Origin: Octopus vulgaris
Taxonomy: Eukaryota
Direction: 5' to 3'
Assembly (NCBI GenBank): GCA_951406725.2
Contig: OX597816.1
Span: forward strand, 117,056,001-117,120,000
Length of the DNA: 64,000 nucleotides
Under the pieces are notes generated by a model. That model saw nothing but the letters and a program-made list of their open reading frames with translations, was not told the DNA's origin and made no database searches. Both the position numbers and the translations under genes were made by a program. Below, one piece after another: positions 52,904-64,000 of the stretch (the first letter of the stretch is position 1; each line of letters starts with the position of its first letter).

Positions 52904-54080
52904 TATCAAAAAGTTCCCGGACTAGTTATGTTTAATAAAAAATTAATTATTTAGCTATGTTTTAACATCATCTCCTTCAAAGTAATTACTTTACGCAGCA
53001 ATACACCGATCCCAGTGTTCCTGCCACTTTTTTAATCCGGCCTGGAAGTCGTTTTCTGTGAGTGAGTCGAAGACCTTCTGTGATTCGCTCTGGATCTCGA
53101 CAACGGTGTTAAAACATCGACTTTTGAGCAACATTTTCGTCTTGGAAAAGATATGGAAATCTACAGGTGCTAAATCTGGCAAATAGGGCGGGGGCAGAAG
53201 CGATATCATTTTGTTTTTGGTGAGAAACTCTCAAGTGAGGAGAGCTCCATGACAGGGTCCATTGTCGTCGTGAAGAATCCAGTTTTTCGCGCACCACAAA
53301 TCCGGTCGCTTTTGCTGAATGTCCGCACTTAAACGCTTCAAAATGTCGCAGTAGAATTCTTGATTGACAGTCTGGCCCTGAGGACGAATTATCGATGCAC
53401 AATACCATGGATGTAAAAAAAATTATGAGCATGCTCTTGATTGAGCTGCGGTTCTGTCGTGCCTTCTTCGGTCGTGGGGAAGAAGGCCTCTTCCATTGTG
53501 ACCACTGATGTTTCGTCTCAGGGTCGTACCCGTAGACCCAACTCTCGTCACCAGTGATGACCCTCGACATGAAGGATGGATCATCAGCGGTATGCTGACG
53601 GAGATCTTGACAGACTTCAAGGTGATGTTCTTTCTGTTCAGTGGTCAACTGACGGGGAACAAACTTGGCAGAGACATGCCACATGTTCAAATCAGGCGTC
53701 AGGATTGCCTGCACAGACTCATCTGACAGACCAACGACATCAGCAATATAGTTGATTTCCTCCGACGGTCCTCATACACAAGTTGATGAATTTTCTCCGC
53801 ATTTCTGGGGGTGGGGGCCACACACGTGGCAGGTCTTCCAGATCATTCATCGTCTTCCAGGGACGTTCTTCCACGTGAAACATTGCACATGACCCATTGC
53901 ATCATTGCCGTAAGCTTGTCGAAGCATGCTTCAATGTCTTTGTAGCAGACTTCCCAAGTTTAACGCAAATTTCACGTGGGCTCTTTGTTCCAACTTCCTA
54001 CCCATGACAAAATCGCAGAATACAGCATACATATAATCACAAAAACATAAATTGCAAATTAAACACTGATATCACTCGGC
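52904..54080 (-). mobile_element. Mariner DD34D transposon, near full length, frameshifted
   Basis: SAKFVPRQLT, ITGDESWVY, LHDDNGPCH, PYLPDLAPVDF (34 residues counted); terminal-like TCAAAAAGTTCCCGGACT. Confidence 0.92.
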
Positions 54081-55061
54081 ACACAGCCTCATGAGTTTCG
54101 AGTTTCAAATAGCTGTTTTCAAACTGAAAAATGTTACTGGTTGATTGAATAGCGAAATTTATTTTCTTACAAGTATACACACAAAAAGATAAAAATATAT
54201 AAAAATACAAAAACATGTTTGTAGAAGAAGAAGAAGAAGAAGAATATTTTGAACTGGTGAATATTGTTATGAATTGTCAAAAGATAACTGGTGGGATGTC
54301 AACCTATTTGAGGTCATGTATTCAGTTCTCACACACTCACAGAAGTGTGTGTGTGTGTCTGTGTGTATTACAAATGTATGTTTGTCCCCCACCACTGCTT
54401 GACAACCAGTGTTGGTGTGTTTACGTCTCCATCACTTAAGAGTTTCGAAAAATAGACAGCTAGAATAAATACCAGGCTTCACAAAAAAGTTAAGTACCGA
54501 GGTCAAATCATTCAACCAAAAAGTGTTCAAAGTGATACCCAAGCTGCATATACCCAGTCTAATAATTGAAACAAGTAAACGATATGTTTTTTTATGAAAA
54601 TCATAGCATGTTCCCACGTGCATTTTCTTTGGGATGCCCCCCCCCCCCCCATTAACCATTTCTGTAGCTGTTTTTACCTGCAATATACATACTTTTGTTA
54701 TATACATATGAATCAAAAGTCATTTAAAGACCTCAGACTAGGAAAGGGCAATTATAGGTACAAGAAGAGATCAACCTCTGCAAGGAGCAGACAACTACCA
54801 TCAAATTTTTATATGTATATACGTATTTATGTATATATATATATATATATATACATGTTTGTGTGTGTGTGTGTAGGTATATATGCATATACATATATGT
54901 ACATATAAGTATGTGCATGCATCTGGTTGAGGGTGTATGTTGTAAACTCTGAAACAACCAGTGAGATCAGGAGACAACTTTGGCAATGTGTCCAAGTTGT
55001 GTGTGGTATACTGAACTCTTTCCCTCTCTCCATCTCATTCTCTTTGTCTCTCTCTCTCATG

Positions 55062-55217
<156 letters not shown>

Positions 55218-55314
55218 ATATATATTTATATATATTTATATATATATATGTATATATATATTATATATATATATATATATTTATATTATATTTGTGTGCA
55301 AGTGTGTGCATGTG

Positions 55315-55377
<63 letters not shown>

Positions 55378-56182
55378 TATATAGAGACAGACAGACAGAG
55401 GAGAGAAAGAAAGAGAGCTTGGTGCCGTTTTCTGACTTGCCAGTGGCTGTTCATTCATCTTATCCATTCCAGCATGGAAAACAAGTATTAAATGATGATT
55501 GTGTGTGTGTGTGCGTGTTTGTGTGTGTGTGCACGTGTGCGTGTTTGTGTGTGTGTGTGTAAACAACACTGCTTTGTGGACCATAAACAAAAGTACTGAT
55601 AAAGAAACTCAACTGCTCACCCACAAACAAAAATATATTATGTATATGTTTGTGTGTGTGTATGCAGCTGTGTGTGCTTGAGTATGTGTTTGTGCTTGTG
55701 TGTAGGCAAATAAGGGCTCTTTACAATATACTTTATACATTATACCTACACCATTAGTTTAATTATTATTAAACTATTTAGATATTTTCAATTCCAACCA
55801 TAAATCTCTTGCTTTTTTATATATATAAATATAATTTTTGTGGTACTTTTGCATTTTTTTCAATCCACACAAATAATGAAAAATTTCTTTTAAATTTTAC
55901 TTGATAATTATGAAAAATGTATAAATTTTTCTGAAAGAAAATAAAAATTATTGTTTTATTTTTATTACATTGCTAAAATACATCAAAAATATAACAAAAC
56001 AAACATAAAACAGACTAGAACTCTTTAGTGTTTGATAGTGAATGTATTTTTCACATAATTTTTGTTATAATAAAATATTAAAACTAATCATCATTGCAAA
56101 CAATTATAATCAATCTGTGTGTGTGTGTGTGTGTGTGTCTTTATACGCACTCACACACACACATATATATTTATATATGTGA

Positions 56183-56237
<55 letters not shown>

Positions 56238-56348
56238 TGTATATGATATATATGTATGTATCATCATCATCATCATCATCATTTAACGTCGGCTTTCCAT
56301 GCTAAATGATGATGATGATGATGATGATACATATATATATCATATACA

Positions 56349-56392
<44 letters not shown>

Positions 56393-56450
56393 CTCTCACA
56401 TATATATATATGCATATATATATATGTAAGTATATACATACATTCATATA

Positions 56451-56495
<45 letters not shown>

Positions 56496-56534
56496 ATTTA
56501 GTTAGGCATTGTGAGACTAAATATATATATTGTA

Positions 56535-56578
<44 letters not shown>

Positions 56579-56876
56579 CATATATGGAGAGGCAGAGAGA
56601 GTGAGGGAGAAAAAAGAGAGTGGGAGGGAGAGAGATAGAAATAAATATATGTATATATGATTATTTATGTATAGATATATATATATATGTAAATATATCA
56701 TAGATAGATTTGTATATGCATATTATATATATCTACATATATATATATATATATATTTATATATACATATGCATAAGGATATATATAATAGGTGTTGGTT
56801 GGATATCAGTTATGCGATGGCACTCGATCGGTTACATATTTAATCCTAGCACTATCAAATTTATATTTGAAAAAAT

Positions 56877-56944
56877 GCTGCACTGAGAAGGTGAAATAAG
56901 TAAGTAAACATAACTTTACTTTAATCCTAAAATGTGTATGTAGC
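56877..56944 (+). ncRNA. Degenerate hammerhead
   Basis: GCTGCA-CTGAGAA-GG..AAGTAAGT/ACTTTACTT..CC-TAAAATGT-GTA-TGTAGC; 6-bp stem I in register, core mutated. Confidence 0.45.
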
Positions 56945-57138
56945 TAATTTGAGTCATGTGGATTCGTTACTTTTTCTTTTTGCCTGCGTAAAAATAAAAA
57001 GAGTGTGTCTATCTGGGAGATCTTTACAGTAGCAGAACAGGAGGAATTTGAAGTCCTATTTCTAAATTCGGTACATGGTGGAGAAATTAACTGACCCCTA
57101 ATTATAATTGTTTATAATTATAGAATATTTGTATAAGC

Positions 57139-57170
<32 letters not shown>

Positions 57171-57253
57171 GGAATGTCGGTAAGACATAAATCTGAAAAA
57201 GAAGCACACTTCAAGTTATAGAGCAGTATATGACATAAATAAAGTTAGATATG

Positions 57254-57333
57254 GCCAGTTTATGGGATTACCCTTGGTTTCACCTCCATAGAGCTCTTAA
57301 CTTTACAGCATATCATCAGATCCCAAAACTGGC
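57254..57333 (-). ncRNA. Type-I hammerhead, intact core, long stem I
   Basis: Minus: GCCAGTTTTGGGAT-CTGATGA-(stem II, base mismatched)-GAAA-CC AAG GG-TA-ATCCCATAAACTGGC. Confidence 0.78.
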
Positions 57334-57935
57334 GCCAAATCTCCAATGTCATTGTCAATGCTCTTCTTATTAAAGAATGATGAATACACACACACACACA
57401 TGATTTATATAAATAACAGGCTCTGTCAGTTTCTGTCAGTCAGATCCACTCACAAAACTTAGATCAAGTAGCCATGAAGTTGGACTGGGCCCAAAGCCAT
57501 GTAGCTGGAAAGCAAACTCCTTACCACACAGCCACATCTGTGTCTACATATATGAATACATGCATATATATACATATATACTTGTGTATGTATGTATATG
57601 ATTTTTTTTTTTAGTGTTTACTCTTTCATAAGACATCTATTTGCTCTATTGTAATTACCCTTAGTAAGGTATTTTTCATCATAATTACTCAACAAATATT
57701 CTCACACAATATGAAATAGTAGTGCTGTCCCAAAAGTCTGTGATAAAGTGTGAAGGAATAGACAAAAATAGTTAACTTGTGATGCACACTATACATGAAG
57801 TATATGTGTGTGCATGTATACATGTGTGTACGTGTGTGTGTGTGTGTGTGTGTATACTTTTGTGTGTGTACATGTGTGTGTGTGTGTGTATGCCAACCCA
57901 TACCAGCATGAAACAAAGATGTTAAATGATAATAA

Positions 57936-57970
<35 letters not shown>

Positions 57971-60656
57971 CATATATATGTGTGTGTGTGTGTGTATGCA
58001 CATATACACATATATATGTACATATATGTATGTATATACATATATGCACTCCTTGACACATGTAAATTATCTTTACAAACCAGGATAGACACCTTCTTGT
58101 TCTCTCCTAAATTAACACAAAACTTACTTTTTATTTCATTATGTATTTTATGAAAACTGATTCAAATAATTCAGATATTTCAAAAGCAACATTTGTTTTA
58201 AAAATTTATTAATTTTCATAATTCTTTAAGCTATAACTTGCTTCAGAGAATATTTCAAAATCTTGCATTTTCTGTCATATTCTAAATAAATAAAAACTGC
58301 TCAATTTATAGAATGAAAAAAATAATATTATTAAAACCAATAATGATAATGTAGTAAATATTCTCTCTAAGTTGTGAAGAAAATTTTTTAATATTGTCAG
58401 TCAGATGTTTAAGTATGGCATTTTAGCCTTTGTTTTTATTTTTATTATTAAATTCTTTTCTTGTATGCAAGTCAATCATTTCTGATGAATTTGAAATGGT
58501 AGAAATGATGGGATGATTTTTTAAATATCTTGTATTTAGTTACATTCCTTTAACTTCTGAATTCAAATTTTGCCAAGGTGAACTCTACCATTTATCCTTT
58601 GGGTATCAGTGAAATACCGGCTAGCTACTGGGACCAGTTAATATCCCAGGAATGCATCCTAGAAATGAATGGAATAAGAAAGCCTTAGTACCAAAGTTTA
58701 AATTATATATCTCAAAACGAAAATTTTGCTCCCAAATTTTGTTATTCTTTCCTCAATATCTTCAAGAAATATCCACAGAATTTTAGTGCAGAGCAACAAA
58801 GCAAAAAAAAACAATTAATAAATCATTATATAAAAAAAGTGCTTTTAATTGTATGAAATATGTAAGTCCTTTGTGTTTAAGTAAGATATTTTAGTACTTT
58901 TCTTCTATAATGAAAATAATGCAAGCTAAAATTAATCCCATAGCTTCCTTGTATCAAAAGAGTCTGTAAATATCAGCAAAATTTGCTTTCTTTCTAATTC
59001 TAACCATGATAATTAGTTCTTTCAGACTTTCAGAAATAACACTTGTTGCTTTGTCTTTACCATAATGCCTAATTAAAGTCATTGTTTCTGATAGAAAGTC
59101 AAAAATTACAACTTTTCTTCAATGTCATAATGAAGACTGATCATGAAGCTACTTGTACAACTGAGAAATTCTTCCTCCAAATTCTTGTAAAAGATGTGGA
59201 ATGGTCTAGAAATTAACTTGTCAATAAGAACCAAATTTTATTTTTTTGCAATAATGTGAGGGTATTTGTTTCAAAATTTATGTATAGAAAGAAACACTTT
59301 AATTTTACTGCCTTAGATAAGTAGCTAGATGAATGCTATTGTGTTAGAAAAATATTCCATCAAATGATTATAATAAATTTATAAATAATTAAGCTTAATT
59401 TCTTTTGCTTTTATCACTCAAAGATATTACACTCTGGTAAAGAAAAAAAATACTTTTTAATCATATTTCCTAAACTAATTATAAAAGTGAAAAATATTGC
59501 AAATTTACTTATGTTTTCATTAACTGGAACTGTATTAATGGATCACAAATAATTTTTTTTATTTGCAAACAGCACCATTTCCATAATTTAATGGAGAATA
59601 AATCTGCATGTTGCAACCATTTCCTCATTTTAGAAAACCCAATTTTTTTACCTCCTCTTTGTTCATTTTTGTTCATTTGTAAAAAAAAAAAATCCTAATT
59701 AGACAGTTATGGAGAATATTTGCTTTCAAGCCTTACCATAATTTTCTGTTGGTGAATCTCTCACAAAGCATATAATTTGGATGGGACAGTTAGCATACAA
59801 AGAACTATAATGTTTTCTAAGCTGGGTAGCTTGAGGGGGAAGAGCAACACAAGCTTCAGCTGTGAAAGGAAAAAAATAAATTAAAGTATACTTCCATTTA
59901 TGACTTCCTGCTTATGCCTGGTTTGATCAACATAGTTACCGAAATAAACCCCAAAAGTCATTTCTGGTAAACTTCAAACCATTTCAAAGGCAATAGCTAT
60001 TAAGGGGAAGTGAGGTGAAAAAAATATCACTTAATGAAAAAATCACAGTTATCACAACAGGACAAGAATAAAGATTACTTTACTCTGAACTAATAAATCC
60101 AAATTGCTTGTCCCAAGGGGCCCCTCAATATAAGGTATCTAGATTGGACCTGGCACACACTACCTCTAAGCAAATCTCAACCACAAAAAAAAAGAACAAA
60201 GTATATGAGGAAATGTAAATGAATACTGTAAAGCTACTTTGGTATCAGTGGGAGATCAGTAAAGTTTGTCAGGAAGTTCCTTCAATATTAAAACATAAAA
60301 TCTTCTGACAGCCATCACCAATTCTTTTACACAGACAAAAGATTTTATATGAATGTTTCAAGGTGAAAGAGAAGAAAGTGAGGAACTTGGACAAGCTCAC
60401 CGGAGATGTGTGACAAGAAGTCTCAGAAACCTCCAGAATTAATTCTAGGGCTCCAATAAAAACTGCCCTCAAACCTGTAATTTTGCAGAAAGAAAAGAAA
60501 AAGAAATAATTATAATAACAATGATAATGCTGATAATATTAATGTTAATAATAGAAGTCCTCCCCTAAACTACCTCCTTAAAGTAAAGTTTAAAATAAAA
60601 AATAAAACAAAAGCCTTGAACAAAAAGAGTGTTGTGTGAAAGCAACTGCGCCAAAC

Positions 60657-60706
60657 AGTGATATCAAATTCCTGTCGTGTAATTTTCACAGGAAATTAAC
60701 ATCACT
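60657..60706 (-). other. Hairpin in unique sequence (pre-miRNA-like candidate)
   Basis: Minus: AGTGATGTTAATTTCCTGT / ACAGGAATTTGATATCACT, 19-bp stem with two G-U pairs and one U-U, 12-nt loop. Confidence 0.3.
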
Positions 60707-61558
60707 TAAGCAAGTCTAGCAACGGTCTACCACCCTGTACGAAAACAACTTACTTATGGACATTTATTTTATTTCCAATGGCCCGACTTAGATAAATGAA
60801 ATGAATTGAAATAAAATGAAATGTAAAAAATTTTCAAAGTAAGAAACAAATAAAATTAAAAAATAGAATACAAAAAAAAAGAAACAGGAAGGATAATAAC
60901 GAGAGGGAAAATTAATTAGGAAAACTGGCATAGCCCGCTGATTATTTGTAGCTAATGAAAGGCAAAAGAGGAGAAAACCTGACAGCAAAGTGCACTTCAC
61001 TTTTCCTCTTATAATTATCCATATATAATCTTCATATGGAGTATAAAAAAATTTGCCAAATTTTTGTATTAGTAAATATAGTTCTTTTAATGTAACGAGA
61101 GGAAGAGAAAGAGAGAGGACCTGAAGAAATTCATTTAATAAATAAATAAACAAATAAGAATAAACAAATAAATCAAAAACTAAAGTTATTTTTAAATCTA
61201 TTAAAAGCTTGATGGAAGTGAGATGGAAAGAAAAAAAACAGAAATGGATCCTTAAAAGTGTTATTCTTTTCGATAGAAATGATGATAAGACATGAGGAAC
61301 CTTGAGAAGGTATCAGCTGAGGAAGAACAATACATGCTGCAAAAGATCAACAGCAGAAGATTTCCTGCCATAGGAGGGTGGGAAGCAAAAATTTTTTTGG
61401 TAATATTTGGGAACGATTCAGTGGCACCAAAGAGGAAACTACATCACAAAATACAATAAAACTCATTTAGGCTGAGGCCAAGGAAGAAAGAATCAGCAAA
61501 TGACAGGGTGCAGCACTAAAATATAGATAAAGTAGTTCACATGAGAGCAGTTATGCAC

Positions 61559-61636
<78 letters not shown>

Positions 61637-61708
61637 CATATGTGTGTCTATATGAAAGTATATTTGTATGTATATATGCATGCATATGTGTGCATATATA
61701 TGTGTGCA

Positions 61709-61755
<47 letters not shown>

Positions 61756-62631
61756 ATGTATTAAATATATCTGTATAAATATGACGAATGTTGGGTAAGC
61801 ATAGTGGGGAGTACATGTAGATATATGTGTATCAATGTACCTTCATGCACACACATACACTCACATACAGAAACATAAATATATACAAGCATATATCTAT
61901 AAACATATTAATATACACAAATATGTATATTCATTGTATCTTTGCATGTATCTATATATATATATATATTTATTAAATAGAGTTAAACAGAATGATAGAT
62001 AATTTGACACGAGAACGAAAGACAGATATATGCTTGCATATGTCTGTTTTATATTATATATATATATATATATATTAATATTAGATGTATGTATAAATAC
62101 ATATATACTTATAAATATAAATGTATGGGTGTGTATGTGTGTGAGGGACAGAGAGAGTGAGAGTGTGTGTGTGTGTGTGTGTGCATAAATGTTTTTTTGT
62201 ATATGCACATACATGTACATAAAATCACTCATGCACATATATATATATACACATATGCAAATATACACATATTACAAACATATTTTTGTATAACACACTA
62301 GCACATTAGAGCAAAATATTTGATCTGAAGGTAAGGACCATGTACGTATATATACATATATATAGATAGATACATACATACTGATGTATGAATATAGGCA
62401 GATAGACAGGCAGATGCATAGATGTATATGTATGTGCATATATGTGTGGTGTGTGCATGTATATATTTATGTGTGTGTGTGTATATGTACATATGTATGT
62501 ATATATATATGTGTGTGTGTGTATATATATGTGAATATTTGTGTGTGTATATATATATATATGCATATATATATACACACACATATATATATGCTTATAT
62601 ACACGTATACATACATGTACATACATACACA

Positions 62632-62755
<124 letters not shown>

Positions 62756-63879
62756 AAGAGAGACATTCATACATATATATCGTACATATATATCATACAC
62801 ACACACACACATATATACAATTTTTTTTGTCAAGGCTGAAAATATGATATACATATTTTTAGAATATGAAATATTTATAATTTTTTATTTCATTTTATTT
62901 TATTTTATTTTTACCTAAGTCATGCTTTAACAATAAGATGTGACAACTGTGGAGGAATTCAGCATTCAGCTACCATTTTCATCTTTTAGCTCCATGGGAG
63001 ATTTTCAACCTTTCAATATTAAAATAGACATTTTTCGCACAAAGAACATACCTTCTAGAAAACACTTCTTTTAGCTAGCTTTCAATGTTAAAGAGCACAA
63101 AAAAAGGTAATGAAATCACTGCCATTTTATGCATAAATAATATTTGCATGTTGTGTTTGGGTGAGGTTTTTTTTAATATGAATTAGGGGATAGGTTACAT
63201 ATACATATATATTTTACTAGAGAGGGTAGCATGTGTTGTTATTTATGTTGTTATGTTATTATTGTTGTTGTTGATGTTGCTGTTTAGATTAACATTTATT
63301 TGCTTAAGTCCTGACCTAGAAGTGTAATTTATTAATACTGGTAAACATTACTTCATTAAACACTAATAAACAGTCCCAGGCGATGAGAGAACAGAAAGAG
63401 TGATATTCGTTCATATGCATAATACAAGCACAAATACACAGATATATATATATATATATATGCATACACAGACACCTATGTACACACATACATACATATA
63501 CATATGTATGCCTGAGATCTTCAATGAATAATCAGTTAACTTTCTACTTTAATAGTAAAACTCTATTAACTCACACTCATGCACTTCAAACCTACACTGC
63601 TGCCACTAACATCCATACATCAGCCAAGCACACATGCACTCTCTCTCTCTCTCCCTCTCTCTCACTCACTCTGTCTCACTCTCTTTCTGTTACATATATA
63701 CAGATACACATAAACAGATACACAAGCTTACATGCATAACAGAGGCAAAATGATACACACAGTCTCACACACACATATAAGTAAGAAGAACTACAGCGGT
63801 GAATAATATCCAAACTTGCTATCACTCACACACACACACATATATACACAAGCATGCACATACGTACGTGCGTGCACAT

Positions 63880-63911
<32 letters not shown>

Positions 63912-64000
63912 TCACACACACACACACACACAACCAAACACATACACACTGAAACATACACATAAGCACACACATATACAGAGAGAGAGAGATAGAAAGA

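Noticed and set aside
56260-56330. Hairpin (ATC)n...(GAT)n
   Set aside because: Formed by an RTE tail remnant and complementary microsatellites; low complexity
58475-58509. CTGATGA...GAAA...GTA enclosed by ATCATTTC/GAAATGAT
   Set aside because: No stem II (only ATTT) and stem I is out of register; treated as chance or too decayed
63333-63352. TAATACTG seed resembling miR-8/200
   Set aside because: The remainder does not match the mature miRNA and no precursor hairpin is evident

Overview
AT-rich, microsatellite-saturated animal genomic DNA. The repeat families point to a cephalopod, most likely Octopus; this is recognition of repeats, not a database result. I find no intact host protein-coding gene, and almost all listed ORFs are translations of simple repeats. 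Recognisable content: at least four tRNA-derived SINE families; decayed RTE, Dong/R4-like, Hero-like and Ty3/Gypsy retroelements; DD34D mariner and DD37D (maT) fossils; a hAT-like MITE; a CpG-rich promoter/enhancer-like island near 30 kb; and weak candidate non-coding exons. The most striking signal is a dense set of type-I minimal hammerhead ribozyme (HHR) motifs: about 17 copies from at least 6 unrelated sequence families. Several have an intact core, and two families carry non-canonical cores (U3:A8 covariation; CUGUNGA plus an extra A). They sit in Penelope-like elements (one with a GIY-YIG remnant) and in short non-coding, retrozyme-like inverted/tandem units beside microsatellites. All folds were paired by eye, element boundaries are approximate, and ribozyme activity is untested.
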